A DNA stretch of 64,000 bases from Chloroflexota bacterium (GTDB taxonomy: Bacteria; Chloroflexota; Limnocylindria; Limnocylindrales; CSP1-4), in contig JBFMEV010000012.1 of NCBI GenBank assembly GCA_040752335.1, positions 6,487 to 70,486 on the forward strand, given 5' to 3'. Below are positions 39,450 to 49,683 of this stretch, piece after piece. The notes beneath the pieces were generated by a model, which saw only the letters and a list, made by a program, of their open reading frames with translations, did no database searches and was not told the origin of the DNA. Numbering within the stretch: the first letter of the stretch is position 1; the number at the start of each line of letters is the position of its first letter. The position numbers and the translations under genes were made by a program.

Positions 39450-41096
39450 TCAATCCTCGGGGCGCGTCGCGCGCACGGGATCCACGCCGCGCCCAACGAT
39501 CCAGATGCTGCCCGATTCGAGCCGCTGCCAGGGACCGACCTCGCCGTCCGGCCAGGTGACCCTCAGCTCCGCGGCGTTCGCCGGACCGAGCCCCACGTGC
39601 ATCGGCCCGAGCTGGCCCCCGGCGTGTCCGCCGCCGATCGTGACCTCGCGTTCGACGACGAGGTCGCCGATCGCGATCTCGACCCACGCCCCGATCGCGC
39701 TACGGTTCGGGCCGGGTTGGCGGAGCTCGAACGCGGTCCAGCGGCCCATGATCGCGGGGGCCACGGCCGTGCCCAACCCGACGTTCCGCCATACGATTGA
39801 CTCGGCTCCGTAGTTCATGAGCACGAGGTCGAGGAGTCCGTCCGTGTTGAGGTCGACGAGCGCGGCGCCACGGCCCCGCTCGTAGGTGACGATCCCGGCC
39901 TCGAGAGCGCCCTCGATGAAGGTCCCATCGGGCTGACCGAGGAAGAGGTTGCTCGGATCGCGCATGGCGTGGGTCGCCTGCTGCCCGACATTGCCCTTCG
40001 AGACGAACAGGTCGAGGAAGCCATCGTCGTTGACGTCGGCGAACTCGGGGTGCCAGGCGGTCGAGGGCAGGCCGTCGCCGCCGGCGTACGGCTGGGTCGC
40101 GGTCACGCCCCGTCGCAGGGCGATGTCCCGGAAGGTCGGCCTCGACGGTCCCGCGGTGAGGGTCTGGAGCTTGTTGTCGCCCTGGCTCGTGAGGTACACC
40201 TCCGGGTAGCCGTCGCCGGTCAGGTCCTGGCTGGCGATGCCCATGCCCCAGATCTGCATCGAGACCCAGCCGTCGTCGGCGGTGTAGAGCCGGGGTGGTT
40301 CGCCCGCGGCGATCCGCCACAGCTGGTCCATCCCGTCGCGGTAGTACTGGCGGTCGTTCGTGACCCGGAGGTCGCGCCGGCCCGAGCGATCCCAGTCGCT
40401 GAACAGCACGGACAGGCTGCAGAAGCCGGGCGCGAGCGTGAGAGGCGAGTCGTAACCGCTCCCGGACGGTCTGACGAGGGCGTTGGCATCGCAATCGAAT
40501 GTCTGCTCGCCGGCCGCGTCGAACGTCAGGTAACGCCCAAAAGCAAGCGTCGGGAGGCCCGCCTCGTCCTCCCACGTCGCGCTGAAGGCGGTGATCTGGC
40601 CGCCGACGGCGGCCAGTCCGAGCCCGGCGGTGACATCCTCAAAGGCGCAGTCGCCGCGGCCCCGGAGGAGGACCGGATCCCCTGTCCGGAGGACGACGAG
40701 GTCGGCGATTCCGTCGCCCTCGAGGTCGATGGGGTAGGCACCGTTGACACGGTCGAGGTCCGTGGCGTCGCCCTGCAGGTGCTCGAATCGGAGCTCGCCG
40801 CCGACCCCCGAGACGTTCCGATACAGCGCCGCCGGGGCCGCGCCGCCAGCGAGGTAGAGGTCCGGCCGGACGTCGCCGTCGCAGTCGAGCACCGCCACCC
40901 CACCGCCGACCTGGTACTCGGATGGGCCGTCGTAGCGATGAGCGATCCCCGACGAGATCGTTTCGTCGACGTACCGCGGGGCGCCGGCAGCGATGGTCGG
41001 CGTGGCGGTCCGAAGGAGGAGTGCGCCTGCCGCGCCGGCAGCCCCGATGACGCCGACCGCAGCGATCACGACGGTGAGCTGCCGCCCGCGGATCAC
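39450..41096 (-). CDS. Exported CRTAC1-family protein (FG-GAP repeats plus ASPIC/UnbV)
   Basis: Multiple DxDGDGxxDL repeats; WGMGIA; N..AIGAWVEI...GGGHAGG...HVGLG...VTWPDG. Confidence 0.88.
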   Translation of the reverse strand: MIRGRQLTVVIAAVGVIGAAGAAGALLLRTATPTIAAGAPRYVDETISSGIAHRYDGPSEYQVGGGVAVLDCDGDVRPDLYLAGGAAPAALYRNVSGVGGELRFEHLQGDATDLDRVNGAYPIDLEGDGIADLVVLRTGDPVLLRGRGDCAFEDVTAGLGLAAVGGQITAFSATWEDEAGLPTLAFGRYLTFDAAGEQTFDCDANALVRPSGSGYDSPLTLAPGFCSLSVLFSDWDRSGRRDLRVTNDRQYYRDGMDQLWRIAAGEPPRLYTADDGWVSMQIWGMGIASQDLTGDGYPEVYLTSQGDNKLQTLTAGPSRPTFRDIALRRGVTATQPYAGGDGLPSTAWHPEFADVNDDGFLDLFVSKGNVGQQATHAMRDPSNLFLGQPDGTFIEGALEAGIVTYERGRGAALVDLNTDGLLDLVLMNYGAESIVWRNVGLGTAVAPAIMGRWTAFELRQPGPNRSAIGAWVEIAIGDLVVEREVTIGGGHAGGQLGPMHVGLGPANAAELRVTWPDGEVGPWQRLESGSIWIVGRGVDPVRATRPED

Positions 41097-41103
41097 GGCT
41101 GGG

Positions 41104-42984
41104 TCATTGGACCGCGCTGCCGTCGTAGAAGTGCTGAGCCATGGCCCACGCGTCCTTGCCGCACCGCGACCCGATGATCCGGCCATTGAAGTCGTCGGCC
41201 GAGATGTGGATGCCGCCCCACAGCCGCGACTGGCCCGCCTGGTCGGCGGCGTCGAAGTAGGTTGCCCACTCCAGGCGGATGTCGGTCGTGGGGCCGAGCT
41301 CGAACTTGAGCGATCCGGCCGGAATGGTGTAGCCGCTCACCCCGCCGGGGAAGTATTCACTGCCGGTGAATGAGCTGAGCACCTCCGCGCCGGCCCGGCT
41401 GAACGTGCTGTGGCCGGAGATGTACCCCTGGAAGGCGGGCGTGACGAAGGTCGAGAGCTGGTACGGCACCCAGTCGACGGCGAGGATCCAGCCGACCCCG
41501 CCGACCTGCGTCTCCGGGTCCTCGGGGTTGCCCCTCCAGGCCCGGATCGCGATCTCGCCCTCGTGGCCGGCGAGCCCGGCATGGCGCTCGCCGGCCGCCG
41601 AGCTCGTCGCCGTGACGACCTCGATCAGGCCGGGGACGAGCGGCAGTCCGTCGGGGTCATACGCCGGCCCGGCCGGGTCGCTCGACTGGCCGAGGCCGCC
41701 CATGTACCGGATCATCGAGATCGGCCGGACCGAGTCGTAGTAGCCCTTCAGGCCCCAGGCGGCAATTGCCGCATCGTGGACCGCGCCGTTCAGGGCGAGG
41801 TAGAGCTTGACGTCCCATTCGAGGCGGCCCACCCGCATCCCGCTGCCGCCGATCCGGAGGTCCGGATCGAGCTCGTCCGAGACGAGATTCGCAAGGACGT
41901 TCCAGTGGCCCGGCGGGGTCTCCGACCTCGGGCCGTCGGCCCAGAACTCTGCCATCACCCGGCCGAAGTCACCTTCGTTGACGAGGTCGGGCGGGTACGG
42001 CTGGCCGGTCACCGGGTTGACCGGGTGCCCGCGGCCGTCGTTCGCGCCGAGCGAGTTGGCCCCGAGTGACCCCGGCGAGATGTCGATGATCTCGCCGTTT
42101 GCGGGATCCAGGCGGCTGCTGTCGCGGATCACCTCGACCGCCTGGTCCTTGTACGCCTGGTCTGTCGCGGTTCCGAGCATCGGTGGCGGGCCAGGATCGA
42201 TCGGAACCCCCGTCGCCCCGCCGTCGGGGATCGCAAAGCTCGTCACGTGGCCCCAGTGCGGCCCGACCGCCTGCTGCACGCCGTTCGTCACCGGGATCCC
42301 GTTCTGGGAGATCATGTGCTCGATCTGGAGTGGCTGCCAGCGATTCGGGTCGATCATCGTCGCCCCGGGCTCGTTGACCACGAGCGGTGGGTTGACCGGG
42401 GCGTAGTCCGGGGACGCGTAGCCGTCGGCCTGGTTCGAGCCGTCGCCGCCGGCGGTGTTGAGGATCGTCTTCGCGATCCGGTTCCCGATCGCGGCCGGGC
42501 TGTCGCCCACGACCGTGTCGACCGCCAGGTCGTAGCACAGCGAATCCATGACGTCGGCGAACTCGGAGAGTGACTCCTCGCCCCCCACGGCCTTGATGAA
42601 GCGGGCCGTGAGGACCCGATAGGCGGCGTAGCTGATGGCCTCGTCGCGGGCCGCCTCGATGTCGCCGGCGGTGTGCTTCTCGTGGACGAAGACGCCGTCG
42701 GCGGTGGCGTCGTAGCTGGCCCAGGCGTCCCACATCGCCGCCGAGAGGTGGTACAGGTTCCGGGCGTGGACCGGTGGGTTCGGCAGGGCCCGCCGGATCG
42801 CGTCGAGGAGCGCCTCGTCCCAGCGCCGGGCGACGGACCACTCCGGATGCTCTGTCGCTGCGGTCGCGGCACACGCGGTGGGCTTCGATTCCCAGGGCCG
42901 GACGACGACGGCCAAGGTCGTGGCACCCACGATCGCCACCGCCGCGACGGCGATGGCCATGATCCGCGCCTTGCCCCGTGGCAT
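41104..42984 (-). CDS. Exported vanadium-dependent haloperoxidase-like (PAP2 superfamily) protein
   Basis: N-terminal TM; K-x6-RP (KGYYDSVRP), PAFQGYISGHS, SRLWGGIH; FWADGP..ETPPGHW. Confidence 0.85.
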   Translation of the reverse strand: MPRGKARIMAIAVAAVAIVGATTLAVVVRPWESKPTACAATAATEHPEWSVARRWDEALLDAIRRALPNPPVHARNLYHLSAAMWDAWASYDATADGVFVHEKHTAGDIEAARDEAISYAAYRVLTARFIKAVGGEESLSEFADVMDSLCYDLAVDTVVGDSPAAIGNRIAKTILNTAGGDGSNQADGYASPDYAPVNPPLVVNEPGATMIDPNRWQPLQIEHMISQNGIPVTNGVQQAVGPHWGHVTSFAIPDGGATGVPIDPGPPPMLGTATDQAYKDQAVEVIRDSSRLDPANGEIIDISPGSLGANSLGANDGRGHPVNPVTGQPYPPDLVNEGDFGRVMAEFWADGPRSETPPGHWNVLANLVSDELDPDLRIGGSGMRVGRLEWDVKLYLALNGAVHDAAIAAWGLKGYYDSVRPISMIRYMGGLGQSSDPAGPAYDPDGLPLVPGLIEVVTATSSAAGERHAGLAGHEGEIAIRAWRGNPEDPETQVGGVGWILAVDWVPYQLSTFVTPAFQGYISGHSTFSRAGAEVLSSFTGSEYFPGGVSGYTIPAGSLKFELGPTTDIRLEWATYFDAADQAGQSRLWGGIHISADDFNGRIIGSRCGKDAWAMAQHFYDGSAVQ

Positions 42985-43018
42985 GTCGCCCGTCCTCCTC
43001 GCTGCCGAGTCGCCGAGT

Positions 43019-44032
43019 CTAGATCGCCAGGACCGCTTCGCGGGTGTCGGCCGCGAACAGCCGGTCGATCACCCGGAGGTTCGCGACCGCGTCGGCCGGC
43101 GGGACCGGCGTGGGCGTCCCGTCGAGGATCGCCGCGGCGAACCGCGAGGCCTCGACCGCATACGGATCGGCGGTGTCAAAGGTGAGCCGCTCCGTGGCCG
43201 GATCGACCGGCGGGTCCCCGCCGTGGGTGACGTAGACGTGGGTCGGCCGGTCGGGCGGGATGTTGAAGGGGATCCCGACCGAGATTCGGCCCTCGGTCCC
43301 GTAGACGTGGACCCGCTGGTCGTCCTCGGCCCGGATGGTGCAGGTGAACGTGGCGGTCCCGCCGCCGGCGAACTCGAGGAGGCCGCTCGTCAGGACATCG
43401 ACGCCGGTCGCCGGGTCACGCACGATCGAAGCCTCGACACGGGTCGGCTCGGACCCGAACAGCAGGCGCGACAGGTTGACGTTGTAGCAGCCGATGTCGA
43501 AGAGGGCACCGCCGCCGGCGTCGCGGATGTTCCGGATGTTGGTCGCATCGTCGTTGTAGTACGAGAACCAGCTCTGGACGGCCAGGAGGCGACCGATCCG
43601 CCCCGACCGCACGAGGTCGAGCACCGCGACCCACGAGGGGTGGAGGCGATACATGAAGGCCTCCATGAGCCGGACCCCGGCAGCCTCGGCCGCGGCGATC
43701 ATCCGCTCCGCGTCGGCGGCGGACATCGCCAGTGGCTTCTCGCACAGGATGTGCTTGCCGGCCCGGGCCGCGGCGATCGCCCACTCGGCGTGGAGGTGGT
43801 TGGGGAGCGGGATGTAGACGGCATCGACCTCCGGGTCGGCGAGGAGGGCCTCGTACGAGCCGTGGACCCTGGGGATCCCGGCCCCCGCGGCGGCCTCTCG
43901 CGCGCGGGCAAGATCCCGCGAGGCGATTGCCGTGATCCGGCAGCGTTCGGCCTTCCGGATGCCCGGGATGACCTTGGTCCGTGCGATGTCGGCGGTCGAG
44001 AGGATGCCCCAGCGCAGCTCGGTCGCAGTCAT
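43019..44032 (-). CDS. Gfo/Idh/MocA oxidoreductase (possible sugar dehydrogenase)
   Basis: WGILSTA, VYIPLPNHLH, LCEKP, GGGALFDIGCY. Confidence 0.9.
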   Translation of the reverse strand: MTATELRWGILSTADIARTKVIPGIRKAERCRITAIASRDLARAREAAAGAGIPRVHGSYEALLADPEVDAVYIPLPNHLHAEWAIAAARAGKHILCEKPLAMSAADAERMIAAAEAAGVRLMEAFMYRLHPSWVAVLDLVRSGRIGRLLAVQSWFSYYNDDATNIRNIRDAGGGALFDIGCYNVNLSRLLFGSEPTRVEASIVRDPATGVDVLTSGLLEFAGGGTATFTCTIRAEDDQRVHVYGTEGRISVGIPFNIPPDRPTHVYVTHGGDPPVDPATERLTFDTADPYAVEASRFAAAILDGTPTPVPPADAVANLRVIDRLFAADTREAVLAI

Positions 44033-44042
44033 CGGGGCGGTC

Positions 44043-44750
44043 TCAGCCCCACGACGTCTCGGTCACCGGCCGGAATGCGACCTCCAGGATCCGGTGGGTC
44101 CGGGGCCGCGTCACGACGAAGAGGACGGCCTCGGCGACGTCCTCGGGCCGCATCATCCCGGCCAGCTGGGGCATGTCCGGGGTCCGGCCGTGGCCCATCG
44201 CGAAGTCGGTCGCGACCCCGCCCGGGCAGACGTTGGTGCAGCGGACGCCGCGCTCCCGGAGCTCGTGGTCGAGGGCCGCGGTGAAGCCGACCTGGGCGAA
44301 CTTCGAGGCGCAGTAGACGGCCTCGTACGGCAGGCCCCGGCGACCGGCCTCCGACGCAATCGTCACGAGATCGGCGGCGTCGCTTCGGAGCAGGTGGGGG
44401 AGGGCCGCCCGGACGGCGTAGATGGCCCCCCGAACGTTGACGTTGATCATCTCCTCGATGTCCTCGACCGGGAGGTCGAGGAACGGGCCGTAGGCGCCGA
44501 CGCCGGCGTTCACCACGAGGATGTCCAGGCCGCCGAAGCGGTCGACGGTCGCCCCGACCATGGCCTCGAGCGACGCCGGGTCACGGACGTCGCAGGCGCG
44601 GGCAAACGCGCCCTCGATGCCGCCGTCGTCGCCGCTGCGCGAGGCCAGGGCGACCCGCGCTCCAGCCGCCGCCAGGACCCGGCCCGTGGCGGCGCCGATG
44701 CCGCGGCTGGCGCCGGTGATGAGGACGGCGCGGTCCTGCAGTGGGGTCAT
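44043..44750 (-). CDS. Short-chain dehydrogenase/reductase
   Basis: TGASRGIG, VNAG, YCASK. Confidence 0.92.
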   Translation of the reverse strand: MTPLQDRAVLITGASRGIGAATGRVLAAAGARVALASRSGDDGGIEGAFARACDVRDPASLEAMVGATVDRFGGLDILVVNAGVGAYGPFLDLPVEDIEEMINVNVRGAIYAVRAALPHLLRSDAADLVTIASEAGRRGLPYEAVYCASKFAQVGFTAALDHELRERGVRCTNVCPGGVATDFAMGHGRTPDMPQLAGMMRPEDVAEAVLFVVTRPRTHRILEVAFRPVTETSWG

Positions 44751-44861
44751 GGCACGGTTCCCTCGGGCTGGCGGGGTATGGCTGACGGGTGAGCGAGCCG
44801 GCACCGGTTGAGATCGCGTCTTGACAGTGCCCGCTCCCATCGACGAGCCTAGCACAGGCAA

Positions 44862-44882
44862 TTTGCAAGAGAGGAACACAAA
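44862..44882. promoter_or_regulatory. Putative ROK/XylR operator between the divergent SDR operon and the ROK gene
   Basis: TTTGCAA-N7-ACACAAA, same geometry as the xylA site; TTGACA at 44821. Confidence 0.55.
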
Positions 44883-44885
44883 CCG

Positions 44886-46121
44886 GTGCGATTGGGACGC
44901 GACGAGGTCGGACAGCGGAGCGAAACGGTCCGGCGAGCGAACCTCAGCGCAATCGTCCGCGAGCTGCACCTGCGTGGCCCCTTGTCCCGGTCGGAGCTTG
45001 TCGCGCGGACCGGGCTCACCCGGAGCGCCATCCGGGCCCTGATCGGCGAGCTCGTCGCCGGCGAGCTCGTGCTGGAGGAGCCGGCGGTGCCGAGCGGGAC
45101 CCCGGGCCGGCCCTCGCCGGTCGTCCGCCTCGCCGCCGACCGCCTGGTGGTGCTGGCCCTCGAGATCGCCGTCGACTCGCTCGCCGTGGCCATCGTCGGC
45201 GCCGGTGGCGTCGTCCTCGAGCATCGCCGGGTCGACCGGCCGCGCGGCCACTTCAGCCTCGACGAGATCGTGGCCGACCTGGTCGAGCTCGCCGCCGACG
45301 TCCGAAGCCGCCGGCCGGCCGGGGAGGTGCCCCTGCGGGTCGCAGTCGCGGTGGCCGGCCTCGTCAGCCGGTCTGACGGCCTGGTCCGGTTCGCGCCGAA
45401 CCTCGGCTGGGTGGACGTGCCGCTCGGGGCGCGGCTGGCCGATGCGCTGGCCCTGCCGGTCGAGGTGGTGATCGGCAACGAGTCCGACCTGGGTGCCCTG
45501 GCCGAGCTTCGACGAGGGGCGGCCCGCGGCGCCGACGACGCCCTCTACATCCATGGCGAGGTCGGCGTCGGCGGCGGGATCATCGTTGCCGGCCGGCCCC
45601 TCGACGGGGTCGGCGGCTACGGCGGCGAGATCGGCCACATGCCCGTCAATCCGGCCGGCCGGGCCTGCCGCTGCGGCTCGTCCGGATGTTGGGAGACAGA
45701 GGTCGGTGAGGGCGCACTCCTGGCCCGCGCCGGCTACCCGCTCGATGGCGGCCGGACCGCCGTGAACGCCGTCCTGGCGGACGCCGCCGCCGGCCGCGCG
45801 GAGGCGCTGGCGGCGATCGAGGCGACGGGGACCTGGCTGGGCCGCGGCCTGGCCGGGCTGGTCAACATCCTCAATCCGCGCCGGGTCGTCCTCGGCGGCC
45901 TGTTCGCGCGGATCTATCCCTTCGTCGACGATGTCGTGGCCCGCGGCCTCGACAGGTTCGCCCTCGTGGCACCCCGGCAGCTCGTGTCGGTCGTGCCGTC
46001 GACGCTCGGCGTCGATGCGCCGCTGCTCGGCGCCGCCGAGATGGCCTTCGAGCCGCTCATCGTCGATCCGGCCGCGTGGCTGGCGCCGCGCGGTGCGCTC
46101 GTCACCCTGGCGAGCGCATGA
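44886..46121 (+). CDS. ROK-family repressor, XylR-like
   Basis: HTH (SRSELVARTGLT), GRP, GEIGH, CRCGSSGCWE; adjacent to xyl genes. Confidence 0.9.
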   Translation: MRLGRDEVGQRSETVRRANLSAIVRELHLRGPLSRSELVARTGLTRSAIRALIGELVAGELVLEEPAVPSGTPGRPSPVVRLAADRLVVLALEIAVDSLAVAIVGAGGVVLEHRRVDRPRGHFSLDEIVADLVELAADVRSRRPAGEVPLRVAVAVAGLVSRSDGLVRFAPNLGWVDVPLGARLADALALPVEVVIGNESDLGALAELRRGAARGADDALYIHGEVGVGGGIIVAGRPLDGVGGYGGEIGHMPVNPAGRACRCGSSGCWETEVGEGALLARAGYPLDGGRTAVNAVLADAAAGRAEALAAIEATGTWLGRGLAGLVNILNPRRVVLGGLFARIYPFVDDVVARGLDRFALVAPRQLVSVVPSTLGVDAPLLGAAEMAFEPLIVDPAAWLAPRGALVTLASA

Positions 46122-46277
46122 TCGCCGTTCGCTCCGCGGGGCCAACCCGCCCGCAGCGGCCCGCGGCCGAGGAGCGAGCCACTGTCCCGGGAGCCGCAGC
46201 AGCCGTTGAGGAGGGTGCTAGCCTACGAGAGTTCGCCAAGGTAGGACGACGAACGTGCTGAGGAGGAGAGAACACTG

Positions 46278-47417
46278 ATGATTCTGCGCAGGGTAGCGGT
46301 CCTGACCGCGGTGGCCGCGATGGTCGTCGCGGCGTGCGGGACCACCGGGTCACCGGCGCCGAGTGGCGCCACCGCCGACTGCACGGTCGGCGTGTCCTGG
46401 AACAACTTCCAGCAGCCCCGCTGGGCGGCGCACGACGAGCCCAACCTGAAGAAGACCGTCGAGGATGGCGGCGGCAAGTACATCAGCGCCGACGCCAACC
46501 TCAGCGCAGAGCAGCAGTTGACCGACGTCGACACGCTGATCTCGAACGGCGCGGATGTCCTCATCCTGCTCGCGCAGGACAACAAGGCCATCCTGCCGGC
46601 GCTCCAGAAGGCCAAGGATGCGGACGTCCCCGTCATCGCCTACGACCGCCTCATCGAGGATGCCAGCATCCTCTACATCACGTTCGATAACGTGCTCGTC
46701 GGCAAGGCCGAGGCCGAGGCCATCCTGGCCAAGGTCCCGACCGGGAACTACGTCCTGATCAAGGGCGACCCCGGCGATCCGAACGCCTCGACGTTCCTGC
46801 CCCAGGGCTGGGATGAGGCCGGCCTCGCGGACAAGGTCGCTTCGGGCGACATCACCATCCTGAACGGGCCCGACGGGACGTTCACGGACGCCTGGAAGAC
46901 CGAGAAGGCCCAGCAGAACATGGAAGCGATCATCGACAAGGCCGTCGCCGACGGCAACACGATCGATGCCATCCTGGCCGAGAACGACAGCACGGCGCTC
47001 GGCGTCGTGGGCGCCCTCACGGCCAAGAGCTACGGCTTCCCGCCCCTGAGTGGCCAGGACGGCGATCCCGCCAACCTGAACAACGTCGCCCTGGGCAAGC
47101 AGTACGTGGACGTCTTCAAGAACGCCAACGAGCTGGGCAAGACCGCCGGCGCGGCCGCGCTCGAGCTGTGCAAGGGGACCGCGATGGCCAGCCTGACGCT
47201 GCCCAGCGGCCTCATCGACCCGGGCGTCGCCCCGGTCGCCGGCCTCTCTGCCAAGCCGTTCACGACACCGGACGGGACCTCTGTCCAGTCCTTCATCCTG
47301 CAGCCGACGCCGCTCACCGCGGAGAACCTGCAGGTCGCGATCGATGCTGGCCAGATCACCAAGGAGGACCTCTGCAAGGGTGTCGACCCCGCGACGGGGC
47401 CGGCGGCGTGCAAGTAG
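46278..47417 (+). CDS. xylF: Xylose/sugar ABC transporter binding lipoprotein
   Basis: VAAC lipobox; VSWNNFQQPRW, IAYDRLI, ITFDN, GQDGD. Confidence 0.85.
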   Translation: MILRRVAVLTAVAAMVVAACGTTGSPAPSGATADCTVGVSWNNFQQPRWAAHDEPNLKKTVEDGGGKYISADANLSAEQQLTDVDTLISNGADVLILLAQDNKAILPALQKAKDADVPVIAYDRLIEDASILYITFDNVLVGKAEAEAILAKVPTGNYVLIKGDPGDPNASTFLPQGWDEAGLADKVASGDITILNGPDGTFTDAWKTEKAQQNMEAIIDKAVADGNTIDAILAENDSTALGVVGALTAKSYGFPPLSGQDGDPANLNNVALGKQYVDVFKNANELGKTAGAAALELCKGTAMASLTLPSGLIDPGVAPVAGLSAKPFTTPDGTSVQSFILQPTPLTAENLQVAIDAGQITKEDLCKGVDPATGPAACK

Positions 47418-47449
47418 CGGTCATCCGACCGCGTAACCAGCCATAGGCT

Positions 47450-47482
47450 CCTGCGCCCCCGGGGTCCTCCCGGGGGCGCAGG
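47450..47482 (+). terminator. Perfect hairpin after the binding-protein gene (attenuator or mRNA stabiliser)
   Basis: CCTGCGCCCCCGGG-gtcct-CCCGGGGGCGCAGG. Confidence 0.75.
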
Positions 47483-47510
47483 CCATGAGTCCAGGGCCAG
47501 GAGGGCCGCC

Positions 47511-48833
47511 GTGACGAACGTGGCCGACGCGACACCGGTATCCGGTCAGGTTCAGCCTCCCGCCCGAGTGTCCGTTCGCGGACTCATCGCCCAGACGGAG
47601 ATTGATCTCCGTCTGTTCGGCATGCTCGTCGCCCTCGGAGCCATCCTGCTGACCTTCAACATCCTGAGCGAGGGCGACCTCTTCCAGCCGACCAACATGG
47701 TCACGATGGCGGTCCAGGCGTCGGGCATAGCGATCATCGCCACGGGCATGGTCCTGGTCATCGTGTCGCGCAACATCGACCTGTCTGTCGGCTCGCTGGT
47801 CGGCGTCATCGCCATGACCTACGCCCTGCTGATGACCGACTGGTTGCCCGCGCTGGGGATGGGCGCCGACTTCCCGTTCCGCTGGGCCATCGCCCTCGGC
47901 CTCGGCGTCGGCCTCGGAGCGCTCGTGGGCGGGCTCCAGGGGTACATCATCGCCTACGTCGGCGTGCCGTCGTTCATCGTCACACTGGGCGGGCTGCTCT
48001 CCATCCGCGGCGCCATCTGGTATCTCTCGAATGGCGCCGCCGTCTCGGGGCTGGACCCGAGCTTCCAGCTCATCGGTGGCGGGGCCCAGGGATCGATCGG
48101 TGGCACCCTCACCTGGGCCCTCGGCCTCGTGGGCTGCCTCGCGATCGTCGCGCTTCTCATCAACGGCCGGCGCCAGCGGCGGCGATTCGGCTTCCCCGTG
48201 AGACCGATGTGGGCGGAGGGCCTGATCGGCGTGGTCGGCTGCGCGGCGGTGCTCGGCGTTGCCGCGTTCGCCAATGCCAACCTCTGGCCCCAGGGTCTCG
48301 CCAACCGGATCGCCGCCGAACAGAACTGGGGTCCGGCGCCCGCAGACGGCTGGATGATCCCGACCGGGTTCCCCAACCCGATCATGCTGCTGATCGGCGT
48401 GACCCTGGTGATGACCTTCATGGCCAATCGCCGGCGGTTCGGGCGGTACGTGTACGCCTACGGCGGCAATCCCGATGCGGCGGAGCTGGCGGGCATCAAC
48501 ACCCGCTGGACGATCCTCAAGACCTACGTCCTGATGGGCATCCTGTGCGCCCTCGCGGCCGCGATCGCGTCGGCCCGGCTGAACGGGTCCACGCTCGACG
48601 TCGGCCTGAGCTACGAGCTGTACGTCATCGCCGCCGCAGTGGTCGGCGGCACCTCGTTCGCCGGCGGCATCGGGACGATCCCGGGGGCCGTGCTCGGGGC
48701 GTTCGTCATGCAGTCGCTGGCCTACGGGCTCAGCTTCATCGGCGTCAACTCGCCCGGCCAGAACGTGGTGGCCGGAATCGTGCTGATCCTCGCGGTCGGC
48801 TTCGACACGTTCAACCGCCGGCGCGGTTCATGA
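47511..48833 (+). CDS. xylH: Sugar ABC transporter permease
   Basis: IDLSVGS, VPSFIVTLGG, FGRYVYAYGGN, YELYVIAAAVVGGTS. Confidence 0.88.
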   Translation: MTNVADATPVSGQVQPPARVSVRGLIAQTEIDLRLFGMLVALGAILLTFNILSEGDLFQPTNMVTMAVQASGIAIIATGMVLVIVSRNIDLSVGSLVGVIAMTYALLMTDWLPALGMGADFPFRWAIALGLGVGLGALVGGLQGYIIAYVGVPSFIVTLGGLLSIRGAIWYLSNGAAVSGLDPSFQLIGGGAQGSIGGTLTWALGLVGCLAIVALLINGRRQRRRFGFPVRPMWAEGLIGVVGCAAVLGVAAFANANLWPQGLANRIAAEQNWGPAPADGWMIPTGFPNPIMLLIGVTLVMTFMANRRRFGRYVYAYGGNPDAAELAGINTRWTILKTYVLMGILCALAAAIASARLNGSTLDVGLSYELYVIAAAVVGGTSFAGGIGTIPGAVLGAFVMQSLAYGLSFIGVNSPGQNVVAGIVLILAVGFDTFNRRRGS

Positions 48834-48853
48834 GCGGCAGGGAGGACTGATCC

Positions 48854-49651
48854 GTGACTGTCGCGGAGCGAGCGCCGCTCGTCGAGATGCGCAACATCAA
48901 CGTCGCCTTCGGTGGCGTTCACGCGGTGCACGACGTGACCATCGACCTCTATGCGGGCGAGGTCATCGGCCTCGTCGGCGGCAACGGAGCCGGCAAGTCG
49001 ACGCTGATGCGCGCGCTGTCTGGCGCCCATCCGGCTGACACCGGCGAGATCCTCGTCGATAGCAAGCCGGTGACCATCCGCAATCCGCGCGACGCCAAGG
49101 CCTACAACATCGAGACCATCTACCAGACCCTGGCCCTCGCCGACAACATCGACGCGCCCGGAAACCTGTTCCTGGGCCGCGAGAAGACGACCCGCCTGGG
49201 CAGCATGGACGACTCGGCGATGGAGTCCGAGACGCGCAAGGTCATGGGCCGCCTCAATCCCAACTTCACGCGCTTCAAGATGCCCGTGAAGTCCCTGTCG
49301 GGCGGCCAGCGCCAGGCGGTCGCGATCGCGCGCGCCGTCTACTTCAACGCCCGCATCCTGATCATGGACGAGCCCACTGCAGCGCTCGGTCCGGCCGAGA
49401 CGGCGCAGGTTCGAAACCTCGTGCGCCAGCTCAAGGACGAGGGCATCGGGATCTTCCTCATCAGCCACGACATCCACGACGTCTTCGACCTGTCCGACCG
49501 GATCAGCGTCATGTACCACGGCGAGATCGTCGACACCGTCAGGAAGTCGAATGTCACGCCGGATGACGTCCTCGGCATGATCATCCTCGGCAAGAAGCCC
49601 GGCGAGGTCAGCGAGAAGGAGCTCGCCGAGCTCGAGCTGCGCACCCAGTGA
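48854..49651 (+). CDS. xylG: Sugar ABC transporter ATPase (single NBD)
   Basis: [21 protein letters not shown]. Confidence 0.88.
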   Translation: MTVAERAPLVEMRNINVAFGGVHAVHDVTIDLYAGEVIGLVGGNGAGKSTLMRALSGAHPADTGEILVDSKPVTIRNPRDAKAYNIETIYQTLALADNIDAPGNLFLGREKTTRLGSMDDSAMESETRKVMGRLNPNFTRFKMPVKSLSGGQRQAVAIARAVYFNARILIMDEPTAALGPAETAQVRNLVRQLKDEGIGIFLISHDIHDVFDLSDRISVMYHGEIVDTVRKSNVTPDDVLGMIILGKKPGEVSEKELAELELRTQ

Positions 49652-49683
49652 CCGCTCGGCCGTCCAGACGGGCGGCCGGACGT